NCBI GenBank assembly: GCA_002685965.1
Contig: NYZE01000005.1
Span: 1,712-65,711 of the forward strand
Length of the DNA stretch: 64,000 bases
DNA from: Planctomycetota bacterium
GTDB lineage: Bacteria > Planctomycetota > UBA1135 > GCA-002748355
Direction: 5' to 3'
In this document: positions 18,410-26,688 of the stretch, in pieces
Position numbering within the stretch: position 1 is the first letter of the stretch
Layout: the number at the start of each line of letters is the position of its first letter
Notes under the pieces: generated by a model
What the model was told of the DNA's origin: nothing
Seen by the model: only the letters and a program-made list of their open reading frames with translations
Databases searched by the model: none
Position numbers and translations under genes: made by a program

Positions 18410-19717
18410 CTACCGGGTGCCGGTTCCGATCCCGAAGTAAGTGAAGCCGGCTTCGTCCATCTTGTCGGCGGCGAAGATGTTGCGGCCGTCGAAGATGACC
18501 GGTGCGCTCAGGCGCTGCTTGAGCTCGTCGAGATCCGGGTGGCGGAACTCACTCCACTCGGTGATCACGAGCAGTGCGTCGGCACCGTCGACCGCTTCCA
18601 TGGGCTTCTTGGCGTATTCGATGCGATCGCCGAGCACGCGCCTGGTTTCCTCGATGGCCTCGGGGTCATTGGCGACGATCGTCGCGCCGCGCTCGAGCAA
18701 GGCTGGGATGATGGTCAGACTCGGCGCCTCACGCATGTCGTCGGTACGCGGCTTGAACGAGAGTCCCCACACCGCGAAACGCTTGCCGCGGAGGTCCTCG
18801 CCGTAGTGACCGACGATCTTCTCGACCAGGTACGACTTCTGCGCCGCGTTGACGTTTTCGACAGCCTGTACGATCTTGAAGTCGTAACCGTTCGATTCCG
18901 AGGTGCGCATGATGGCGCGCACGTCCTTCGGGAAGCACGAACCACCGTAGCCGACACCGGCGAACAGGAAGGCTGATCCGAGTCGAGCATCCGTGCCGAC
19001 GCCCTTGCGCACGTGCGAGAAGTTGGCACCGACCTTGTCGCAGAGGCGCGCGATCTCGTTCATGAACGAAATCCTCGTCGCGAGCAGCGCGTTGGCCGCG
19101 TACTTGGTCAGCTCCGCGCTCTCCGGATCCATCACGAGGATCGGCTTGCCGGTGTGCACGAAAGGCCCGTAGAGTTCCTTCATGATCTCGGCTGCGCGTG
19201 AGTCGTTGGCGCCGATGACGACGCGATCCGGCTTCATGAAGTCGTCAATCGCCGTACCTTCCTTCAAGAACTCGGGATTGGACACGACGTCGAACGGTTG
19301 GTTGGTGCGGGACTTGATCATTTCGGCGACCTTGCGCGAGGTGCCGACGGGAACCGTCGACTTGTCGACGATGACCCGGTAGCCGTCCATGTTGTCGCCA
19401 ATCGTCTCGGCGACCTTCAACACGTAGTTGAGATCGGCCGAGCCGTCCTCGTCCATCGGTGTGCCGACCGCGATGAAGATCACGGTCGCGTCCTTGACCG
19501 CTTGCGCGACGTCGGTCGTGAAGGACAGGCGGTCCTCCGAACAATTGCGTCGGATGAGCTCCTCGAGGCCGGGTTCGTAGATCGGGACGCCGCCTGCTTG
19601 CAACATCGCGACCTTTTCGGTGTCGATGTCGGCGCAAACAACGGTGTTACCCGTTTCGGCGAAACAGGTGCCGACGACGAGGCCGACGTAGCCGGTGCCG
19701 ATGACGGAGATTTTCAT
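18410..19717 (-). CDS. ugd: UDP-glucose 6-dehydrogenase
   Basis: 435 aa. MKISVIGTGYVGLVVGTCFAETGN (Rossmann GxGxxG); catalytic Cys context GYGGSCFPKD. Confidence 0.9.
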   Translation of the reverse strand: MKISVIGTGYVGLVVGTCFAETGNTVVCADIDTEKVAMLQAGGVPIYEPGLEELIRRNCSEDRLSFTTDVAQAVKDATVIFIAVGTPMDEDGSADLNYVLKVAETIGDNMDGYRVIVDKSTVPVGTSRKVAEMIKSRTNQPFDVVSNPEFLKEGTAIDDFMKPDRVVIGANDSRAAEIMKELYGPFVHTGKPILVMDPESAELTKYAANALLATRISFMNEIARLCDKVGANFSHVRKGVGTDARLGSAFLFAGVGYGGSCFPKDVRAIMRTSESNGYDFKIVQAVENVNAAQKSYLVEKIVGHYGEDLRGKRFAVWGLSFKPRTDDMREAPSLTIIPALLERGATIVANDPEAIEETRRVLGDRIEYAKKPMEAVDGADALLVITEWSEFRHPDLDELKQRLSAPVIFDGRNIFAADKMDEAGFTYFGIGTGTR

Positions 19718-19823
19718 GTTCGTAGAGCTGGGGGTCCGAGGTCGAAAGGGGCGCCAAGTAGACCCACCACGGGATCCGACGCCAAAGACCTAGTCGGCAC
19801 AAACCGTGGCGAGACTCCAGAAA

Positions 19824-20975
19824 CTACCGATGCTGTGGGATCTTCTCGGCTTTTTGGGCCTGCTGCGCCTTCTTCTCTGCCTCGCGCCGCTTGCGCGCCT
19901 TCCGCTTGAACACATTCCAGCCGAGCCGCGAGGCCCAGGCCAAGAGCTTTTGCTGTGGGGAAGTGTGCAGGCGTGGCGGGTCGAACACGATGCCAGCGGC
20001 GGCCAGGTTCTTCGGGGTCGGAACGCGCTGCGCCTCGAACGAGCCGGTGCCCGGCTTCTCCTGGTTCATGGCGATCCGTAGCAGGCGGCCCGACTCCTCG
20101 ACTACGGTCATCTCGATGCGCCCGGCGTCCCCGAGGAAGAGCCTGCGGGCGTCCGGGCGCGAGCGCCGCTGGCTATGCTTGCGGTGCCAGCCTCGCTTCT
20201 TGCGCTTGGGCCTCTCTTCTTCGACCTCTGTCTGGAGGCGGTACGAGCCGCCCAGCGTTACCGTCGCGCCCGCCGCGGTGTCCGCGCGACCGACGACCTT
20301 CACGTCCAGTTCGTCGAGCAACACTTCGAGGAAGGGCTTGAGTTCGGTGTAGTTCATCACTGGAGCCAGTGCCGTGAGCTCGACTATTTCCGGGCTCTTC
20401 AGCGGTACTTCCATCGCAGGTCCGGTCGGCGACTTGATCCAGAGCACCTTGCCGTCGGAACCCAACTCGGTTGGCCCCCAGTCGCCCTTGTCGAGACGCT
20501 GCCAGTGGAAGCGACGATTTGGCGCGAGCGCGGCCCGCCACCGAGTGTCCCAGCGCCCAATCATCGTGATCTCGTAGACGTGCACGCCTTGGTCGTGCTC
20601 GCGCACGGCGTTCTCGAGCAGCGTCTCGGCGTATGCCGGTGTCCACTTGCGCCACGACGACCAGGCGAGCCAGCTGCCGAGCAGCACGACCGCAGCTGCG
20701 GCCGCGGCTGCGGCGACCATGGGCGCTAGGCGCCGCGGACGCGGTGCTTGCCGCGATGTGTGCACGGTCTTCTCGCCCTCGATGCTGGCCATGACGGCGC
20801 GGATGCGTGCGTCGCCGTGAGACCTCGCGCCGGTCCGGTTCGCGCCGCGTTCGTGCAGCAGCAGACCGTGCACGAACAGCTCGTGCGCGCGCTCTTTGAC
20901 ATCACGATCACGCGCTACGGTGGCGTCGAACTCGCCCGACGCGGGGGGGAAGTCAGTGTGTGCGTCGTCACGCAT
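19824..20975 (-). CDS. Putative membrane-anchored anti-sigma / sigma-partner protein
   Basis: 383 aa, 9 bp downstream of the ECF sigma gene. One TM (MVAAAAAAAAVVLLGSWLAW), a periplasmic domain and a Lys/Arg-rich tail. No ZAS motif; role inferred from position only. Confidence 0.4.
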   Translation of the reverse strand: MRDDAHTDFPPASGEFDATVARDRDVKERAHELFVHGLLLHERGANRTGARSHGDARIRAVMASIEGEKTVHTSRQAPRPRRLAPMVAAAAAAAAVVLLGSWLAWSSWRKWTPAYAETLLENAVREHDQGVHVYEITMIGRWDTRWRAALAPNRRFHWQRLDKGDWGPTELGSDGKVLWIKSPTGPAMEVPLKSPEIVELTALAPVMNYTELKPFLEVLLDELDVKVVGRADTAAGATVTLGGSYRLQTEVEEERPKRKKRGWHRKHSQRRSRPDARRLFLGDAGRIEMTVVEESGRLLRIAMNQEKPGTGSFEAQRVPTPKNLAAAGIVFDPPRLHTSPQQKLLAWASRLGWNVFKRKARKRREAEKKAQQAQKAEKIPQHR

Positions 20976-20984
20976 GCGAATCTC

Positions 20985-21563
20985 CTATGCCCCTCCCTGC
21001 AGGGCCGTGATGCGTTGCTCTATGCAGCGACCGAGCCAGGCCCTGCTCCGTTGCAGCAGCTTCTTGATTGACTCACGCGTGCGTCCCTGACGGTCCGCGA
21101 TCGCATTGCAGCCGAGGTCCTCCTCGTAGTGCAGCCGCAGCACGTCGCGCTGGTGCTCGGGCAGCCCAACGAGGCACTTGCGCAGCGAAACCAGCTGTTC
21201 GTCGAGCGTGTCGCCACTGGCAGTGTCGAGCAGGGCGTAGAGATCTTGCAGATGATCAACGACCGCTTCCTCGACGAAGGTCACCCGCTGGTCTGAGACG
21301 TGGCGGTAGTGGGCGAAGCAAAGGCGGCGGCCAATGCCGCGCAACCAGGGGCCGAACGGCTTGCCACGGTCGTAGCGGTAGAGATTGCGCCAGGCCACGA
21401 GGAACGACTCCTGGACCACGTCGTCGACGCCGGCCGGGTCGCGCACGAGGCTGTTCACGAAGGCCCGGAGCCGGGGCTCGTGTTCGCGTACGAGGATCTC
21501 GAACAGCTCGTGCGGCTGCACGAACGGCTCCTCCAGGGGGGCGAGGCTGGGGCTTTCCGACAT
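20985..21563 (-). CDS. ECF-type RNA polymerase sigma-70 family factor
   Basis: Track ORF 20985-21584 begins at a GTG; ATG at 21563 gives MSESPSLAPLEE. Region 2 DDVVQESFLVAWRNLYRYD; region 4 LPEHQRDVLRLHYEEDLGCNAIADRQGRTRESIKKLLQRSR. Confidence 0.85.
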   Translation of the reverse strand: MSESPSLAPLEEPFVQPHELFEILVREHEPRLRAFVNSLVRDPAGVDDVVQESFLVAWRNLYRYDRGKPFGPWLRGIGRRLCFAHYRHVSDQRVTFVEEAVVDHLQDLYALLDTASGDTLDEQLVSLRKCLVGLPEHQRDVLRLHYEEDLGCNAIADRQGRTRESIKKLLQRSRAWLGRCIEQRITALQGGA

Positions 21564-21628
21564 GTCTCGAAGAGTATTGTGCACCAGGACCTTCAGGGGA
21601 CGTGGATTTAGAGGCCAACGGACCGCTT

Positions 21629-23356
21629 ATGGCGGCCGATGATGAGGGTGTGAGCGACCCGATGCCCAGGCCGAGGCAGGACTCTGACCGAGCCGTGGCA
21701 TGGCGCCTTTTCGGGCTCCTGTTCCTGGTGTTCGGGCTGCTGTCGCAGGGTCACATCGTCAACACCGACGCCGAGGTCGAGTTCCAGTCGGCGCGCTCTC
21801 TCTGGCTGCGGGGGAGTCCGGGGCTGTCGGACAAGCACGCTGACGCCTCGCTGGCCGAGACCTGGATCGCCTCGAATGCCGCCTCGGGGAATAAGCTGCC
21901 GGCGGTCGTCGAGGGTCTCGATGGCGACTACTACACCTGGTTCGGGATCGGCCACACGCTGACGATGGCCCCGTTCTATGCGGTCGGGCGCGAACTCGGG
22001 AAGCTGTTCGCGTCGACCGAAGACGCGCTCGGGCGGTCGTTCGCCGCCGACCCACAGGGGATCGGCGCGGCGATGGGGGACGAGTTCTTCGCGCGGTTGG
22101 CGGTCAGCTTCCATGCGCCGCTGTTCGGGGCGCTGACAGGAGTCGTGCTCTTCCTGCTGCTGGGTTGGTTCGGCTTTTCGACCCGGCACCGCATCATCGC
22201 CGTGTTGCTGGCGGCGTCCACGACGCAGTTCGGACCCGGCACGAAGGAATGCATGAGCAACGTCGTGGACGGTTGCTTCCTGTTACTCGCGGTCGAGCGT
22301 GCCCTCGCCTGGTCGCGCAACGGCAAGCACGTCGCGCTGCTCGCGGCCGGAATCGCGGCCGGCTTTGCGGTCTTGTGCCGCAACGCGCACGCAGTGACGG
22401 TCATCGGTCTGTTCGTCTACGTGGCCTGGATCGCTTGGCGGCGCTCACGCATCGTCGACCTGCGTTGGTTCATCGCCGGTGGAGCGTTGTTCGCAGTGTT
22501 CTTGCTGTGGTTCAACTACGCGCGCTTTGGCAGCGTTACCAAGACCGGCTACCACACGCTGACGAACTACTGGAGCTTCAACCCGTTGTTCGGCTTCCCT
22601 CTGCTCGCGCTGAGTCCAGGCAAGGGGATGCTGTGGTTTTCGCCGCTTTTGTGGCTCGTACCTCTCGGTTTGCGCAGGCTAGGCGCACCGCGCGCCGACA
22701 TGCTCCTCTTGGTTTGGGTGTTGGCTTCGGCGTGGGTGCTCAACTCCTTCACGTCTGGTTGGCACTCGAGCCAGGCATGGGGCTGCCGCTATTTGACCAC
22801 CGGTGTCGTGCTGCTGGTTGCGGTCACGGTGGCGAGTTTGCTGCGCGCCGGGGGCGGGTCGGGCAAGCGGCTGCGTCTACTTGTCGTCGTGGCCACGCTT
22901 GGCGGCCTCGTCACGCTCGGCGGTTGGCTTGCTCCCTATCGTGGCTACTACGAGCTCGGGCACCGTGCGATCGCAGCCAAGTGGCCGCAGGTCCCTGTCG
23001 AGCACCACATCCAGTACCTGGTCTCGGAGCCGCGCATGACGCCGATCTTCGGGCATTGGGCGTATGCGTGGCTGTCGCTCGACGGGGCGATCCCCGATGG
23101 CCCATCGGAGGTCGTCCACGGCCTGATGTTCGGTCGTTCCGAGCAGCTCGAGACCAGGATCACCTGGCCCGAGGACACGGGGTTTCGCCACGTTTGGCCG
23201 ATCGGGCTGTGGCGGCGCCTCGATTCGTCCATGCCGCTGGTCATCGCCGGGCTGCTGGCGGGGCTGGCCGCCCTGCTCGCGTTCAGCGTTGCCGCGGCCG
23301 CGCGTGCACCACGTATGTCGGATCCTGAAAGCTCCCATCCACGTTCGTCAACGTGA
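21629..23356 (+). CDS. Polytopic membrane protein, GT-C-like putative glycosyltransferase
   Basis: Track ORF 21068-23356. Its first 187 codons are antisense to the sigma gene; ATG at 21629 (MAADDEGVSDP...) is in frame. First loop HIVNTDAEVEFQSARSL carries an acidic motif; more than 10 TM segments. Confidence 0.5.
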   Translation: MAADDEGVSDPMPRPRQDSDRAVAWRLFGLLFLVFGLLSQGHIVNTDAEVEFQSARSLWLRGSPGLSDKHADASLAETWIASNAASGNKLPAVVEGLDGDYYTWFGIGHTLTMAPFYAVGRELGKLFASTEDALGRSFAADPQGIGAAMGDEFFARLAVSFHAPLFGALTGVVLFLLLGWFGFSTRHRIIAVLLAASTTQFGPGTKECMSNVVDGCFLLLAVERALAWSRNGKHVALLAAGIAAGFAVLCRNAHAVTVIGLFVYVAWIAWRRSRIVDLRWFIAGGALFAVFLLWFNYARFGSVTKTGYHTLTNYWSFNPLFGFPLLALSPGKGMLWFSPLLWLVPLGLRRLGAPRADMLLLVWVLASAWVLNSFTSGWHSSQAWGCRYLTTGVVLLVAVTVASLLRAGGGSGKRLRLLVVVATLGGLVTLGGWLAPYRGYYELGHRAIAAKWPQVPVEHHIQYLVSEPRMTPIFGHWAYAWLSLDGAIPDGPSEVVHGLMFGRSEQLETRITWPEDTGFRHVWPIGLWRRLDSSMPLVIAGLLAGLAALLAFSVAAAARAPRMSDPESSHPRSST

Positions 23357-24059
23357 ACGTGTTGCGTTCGTCGAGGACCTCGAGGTCGCAGCACTTGAGG
23401 ATCCGGTCGAGGCAGCGAGGGCTCATCTGCCACCAGTTGCACTGATCCCAGTCGCCGACAAAGCGGGCGAGCGAGTCGTCGGTGTCGGGCAACGTCATCG
23501 CGATCGTGACCGTCATGCGACCTGTCGGCTTGAGCACCGATCGCATCGCCTGAATCCCGAGGATCGGATCACGCACGTGCATGAGCATCGAACCGCAGAA
23601 GACGTAGTCGAACATGCCGACCGTCTCTGGTGACAGCTCGTAGATCTGCGCTTCGTGCTTGCGCACGTTCTTGCAGCCCATCGATTCGACCACGAGGTCG
23701 AAGCCGGCGCGCATGGTGATGTCGTCGATGTAGGCTCGCTCTTCGGCCGACTTGCTCTCGAAGTCCGCCCGATACCGTGGTGTCCAATCGTGGTCGCCCC
23801 AGCCGGGCAGGTCGAGCGCGACGACTTCCGCAGCGCCGCGCCGATCCATCTCGCACGCGAAGAAGCCACTGCTGGCACCGACATCGAGCACGCGCTGGCC
23901 GTCGAGCTGGTCAGGAATCCCATACTCCGGCAGGAAGCTCTTCACTTGGAAGACCCCCGGCGTCATGACGCCGTCGCCCAGGTCAATCGCGTGGTACCAG
24001 CTCGTCACCTTGGCGACGCGCTTCTTCAGTGCTTCGATCTGCTCGGAGGAGCGTGACAT
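23283..24059 (-). CDS. Class I SAM-dependent methyltransferase (CmoB C-terminal / DUF1698-like)
   Basis: 258 aa. WYHAIDLGDGVMTPG..., QRVLDVGASSGFFACEMDRRGAAEVVALD motif I. Confidence 0.75.
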   Translation of the reverse strand: MSRSSEQIEALKKRVAKVTSWYHAIDLGDGVMTPGVFQVKSFLPEYGIPDQLDGQRVLDVGASSGFFACEMDRRGAAEVVALDLPGWGDHDWTPRYRADFESKSAEERAYIDDITMRAGFDLVVESMGCKNVRKHEAQIYELSPETVGMFDYVFCGSMLMHVRDPILGIQAMRSVLKPTGRMTVTIAMTLPDTDDSLARFVGDWDQCNWWQMSPRCLDRILKCCDLEVLDERNTFTLTNVDGSFQDPTYVVHARPRQR

Positions 24060-24118
24060 GTCCGTGCTTGAGGGGTGAGGGCCAAAGCTGGGCTGCCCGA
24101 AGTGGGTTCCCCGCGTTC

Positions 24119-25738
24119 TCAGGGTCTGCGGCGAGTGAAGAGCATGCGGCGAGCACGGCGGGTGCTGACGCGGACGCCAGTGATTCGATCGGCATCATCG
24201 CGTTCAAACTCGAGCAAGCCACCGCGGATCGTGAACATCAGATCGCGGGTGAGCGGCTGGTGGGCGACGCCGTCGAAGGCCAGGGCGGCCTTGCGCCGGC
24301 GGACCTGGATGGTCCGATCGAGTTCGACGCTGTGGTATTGGCCTTCGTAGTCCTTCCAGGTCCTGGCCGGCATCGTGAACGGCGGCAGCGCGGTGAATCG
24401 ACGCGCGTTCTCGTTGGCGACCTGCAGCTTCAGTCCGGACACCGAGCCGTTGGCTGCGCGCAGGACTTCGCCTGCGACGGGTAGGGCCGTGCCGATCGAA
24501 CGCAACTTGTCGCCCTTGTTACTCACGAGGTCGATCTGCCAGGAGAGGGTGACTAGGCGCATCCGGTCTCGTTGTGGCGCCAGCCGCGCCAGGTCGCCGC
24601 TGTCGTCATCCACGAGGAGGGCCGGTGCATCGATCGGCTGCTTGCCGGCCGGTGCCTTCGCGGGTGGCTGGAGCCTGTCGCCGAGGAATACGGCCGCTGT
24701 CGCCATGGCGAGCCGTGACGCGTCGATGTTCGCCGCGTTGCCGAGCAACGCGACGCAGAGCCCTTGGTCAGGGAAGAAGGCACTGTGGGCGCGGAAGCCG
24801 AACGAGCTGCCCGCGTGCTGGACTACACGCACGCCGCGGTATCGCCCGACCCTGAGCCCGGCGGCGTAGTCGCCGGTCCGCGGACTGCGGCGTTGTGACC
24901 CGTCGAGCTTGGGTGCTGTCAGCATGCGGCGCACGAACGAATCGCTCGCTCCCTTCGCCTGCATGCTCTCGAGCCAGCGCAAGAGGTCCATGACGGATAT
25001 GAACAGACCTCCCGAACCCACCATGGCGAAGCGCGTGCGGTGTGGCACATACCGCTTGCCGCGTCGTTGGTGCCCGACCGCCGCCTGCGGCACGTCGTGA
25101 TCGGAGCTGTCCTTGAACACCGAGTTCTTCATGCCGTGCGGTTCGAACAGCGCCTTCGTCGCATACTCGCGCAACGAGCTCTTCGTGAGCCTGCCGATGA
25201 TGACGCCAAGCAGGAAGTAGCCGCTGTTGCAGTAGAGATAGTCCGAGCCCGGCGCGAAGTTGAGGTCACGCTGTTTGGCGAGCAACGCGACCACGTCGTC
25301 GGCGCTTTGATCGCGATCGAAGTCGAGCTTCGCGAACCTTCCCAGCTCGAAGTAGTCACGCAGCCCGCTGCGGTGATGCACGAGGTCGCCGATCGAAATG
25401 CCTCCACCAACTGCAGTGAACTCCGTCAAGTGCGTTTGCAGCGAGTCACTCCACTTCAGCTTGCCTTCTGCTTCCAGCATGACGGCGCACGCGGCGACGA
25501 ACTGCTTTGACACCGACGCTGCGTAGAAACGTGTCGTCTTGGTGATCGATCCACCCTTCTCGACGTCTGCCAAGCCGTAGCAGCCGACGTGCAAGAGCTT
25601 GCCGCCCCTGGACAGGGCGACTGCAACGCCAGGGGTCTTCTCGTTCCAGCTGGCAAAGAGCGCGTCCACCTTGGCCTCGTGCGGATCCTGCGCCGGGGCC
25701 GCGAGGGCGAGGGCGAGGGCGAGGATTGCGGTTTGCAT
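24119..25738 (-). CDS. Secreted serine hydrolase of the beta-lactamase / penicillin-binding (class C-like) family
   Basis: Track ORF to 25780; signal peptide begins at MQTAILALALALAAPAQDP (ATG 25738). SxxK motif in FYAASVSKQF. C-terminal extension of about 180 aa. Confidence 0.75.
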   Translation of the reverse strand: MQTAILALALALAAPAQDPHEAKVDALFASWNEKTPGVAVALSRGGKLLHVGCYGLADVEKGGSITKTTRFYAASVSKQFVAACAVMLEAEGKLKWSDSLQTHLTEFTAVGGGISIGDLVHHRSGLRDYFELGRFAKLDFDRDQSADDVVALLAKQRDLNFAPGSDYLYCNSGYFLLGVIIGRLTKSSLREYATKALFEPHGMKNSVFKDSSDHDVPQAAVGHQRRGKRYVPHRTRFAMVGSGGLFISVMDLLRWLESMQAKGASDSFVRRMLTAPKLDGSQRRSPRTGDYAAGLRVGRYRGVRVVQHAGSSFGFRAHSAFFPDQGLCVALLGNAANIDASRLAMATAAVFLGDRLQPPAKAPAGKQPIDAPALLVDDDSGDLARLAPQRDRMRLVTLSWQIDLVSNKGDKLRSIGTALPVAGEVLRAANGSVSGLKLQVANENARRFTALPPFTMPARTWKDYEGQYHSVELDRTIQVRRRKAALAFDGVAHQPLTRDLMFTIRGGLLEFERDDADRITGVRVSTRRARRMLFTRRRP

Positions 25739-25826
25739 CGTGCTCAACTTACCCACGCTGGAATACCGCAACTCGAACATCTCGCTTGACGAACGGAGGT
25801 TCCCGCACGAGTCTCACTGGAGGTCG

Positions 25827-25903
25827 GGGCGATTAGCTCAGCTGGTTAGAGCACCTGCTTTACACGCAGGAAGTCGGCGGTTCGAGTCCGTCATCGCCCA
25901 CCA
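25827..25903 (+). tRNA. tRNA-Val (anticodon TAC)
   Basis: GGGCGATTAGCTCAGCTGGTTAGAGCACCTGCTTTACACGCAGGAAGTCGGCGGTTCGAGTCCGTCATCGCCCACCA. Acceptor GGGCGAT/ATCGCCC, anticodon loop TT-TAC-AC, encoded CCA. Confidence 0.95.
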
Positions 25904-25905
25904 CT
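25893..25905 (+). repeat. Direct repeat copy 1 (candidate attL): ATCGCCCACCACT, last 11 nt of tRNA-Val plus 2 nt
   Basis: Exact 13-mer recurs at 28989-29001 in the same orientation. Confidence 0.7.
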
Positions 25906-26086
25906 AGACCTTTGTCGATTCCGACTTTACGGAAACCCGCTCGAGGCGAGCGGCGCGACACACACCGGAGGCGATGGACTTGGTCCACTTCCAGGAGCGT
26001 GACGCGATGAGCAAGACGAAGAAGAAGAGCAGCAACGACGACGTGCCCGAGCTGCGCGTGAAACGACGGCCGCCCAATAAGAAGAC

Positions 26087-26680
26087 GTGCGAGAACCGCG
26101 ACACCTGCTACGCCACTTCAACGGCATCAAGGTCTGGTTCGGGAGAGCAGACGATCCCGGAACCAGGAAGACCTTCGACGCCTACCTGGCGCGGTGGCTC
26201 GCGAACGATCGCCGCTCGCTCGAGGAGCACGAAGACGACGAGCACCTCACAGTCGAGGAGCTCGTCGACCGCTTCCAGGCGTGGGCCGATGCCTACTACG
26301 TCAAGGACGGCGAGCCGACCCGCGAAGCCAGCATCATCGAGTTCGCATGCAAGCCGCTGACCATGCTCTATGGCACGGAATCCGCGGCGACGTTCGGGCC
26401 CCAAGCACTACGCGCGGTCCGCGAGGACATGATCCGGCGCAAGTGGTCCCGCAAGAACATCAACCGACAGGTCGGCCGCGTGCGACGGGTCTTCAAGTGG
26501 GCCGTCGAACGTGAGCTGGTTCCGCCGAGCATCTCGCACGCACTCGCGTGCGTTGCCCCACTCAAGCGAGGACGAACCGAAGCCAAAGAGCGCAAGCCGG
26601 TCGCGCCGATCGCGTGGGCCGACGTGGAAGCGGTGTTGCCCTGCGTCTCGAACGAGGTCCGCGCCATCGAGCTGGGGTAG
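26087..26680 (+). pseudogene. Tyrosine recombinase / phage integrase, N-terminal (arm plus core-binding) half only; catalytic domain missing
   Basis: 197 codons from GTG: REPRHLLRHFNGIKVWFGRADDPGTRKTFDAYLARWLAN... AYYVKDGEPT ... VGRVRRVFKWAVERELVPPS ... VRAIELG, then stop. The ORF ends where the catalytic domain (LTGxRxxE, R-H-R-Y residues) should begin, 9 bp from the convergent astacin stop. Upstream frame (MSKTKKKSSNDDVPELRVKRRPPNKK, from about 26007) may be a frameshifted leader. Confidence 0.7.
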
Positions 26681-26688
26681 TGCGCGAC

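Noticed and set aside
25693-25716. Hexanucleotide microsatellite (gcgagg)x4 and other GC-rich short repeats such as 6893-6910, considered as possible phase-variation tracts
   Set aside because: They lie in coding sequence encoding Ala/Leu or Ala runs (signal peptide LALALAL). Unit length is a multiple of three, so slippage would stay in frame. They are compositional by-products rather than switches.
24119-25738. Beta-lactamase-family gene as the target of the BlaI-family repressor (a bla operon)
   Set aside because: The two genes are 18 kb apart with many unrelated genes between. I saw no TACA/TGTA dyad upstream of the hydrolase. The hydrolase looks like a generic class C-like esterase/DD-peptidase with a C-terminal extension.
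25786-25826. Sigma70-type promoter for tRNA-Val (TTGACG at about 25786)
   Set aside because: A good -35 hexamer is present, but the best -10 candidate 17 nt downstream (GAGTCT) is poor. This is not enough to report as a feature.
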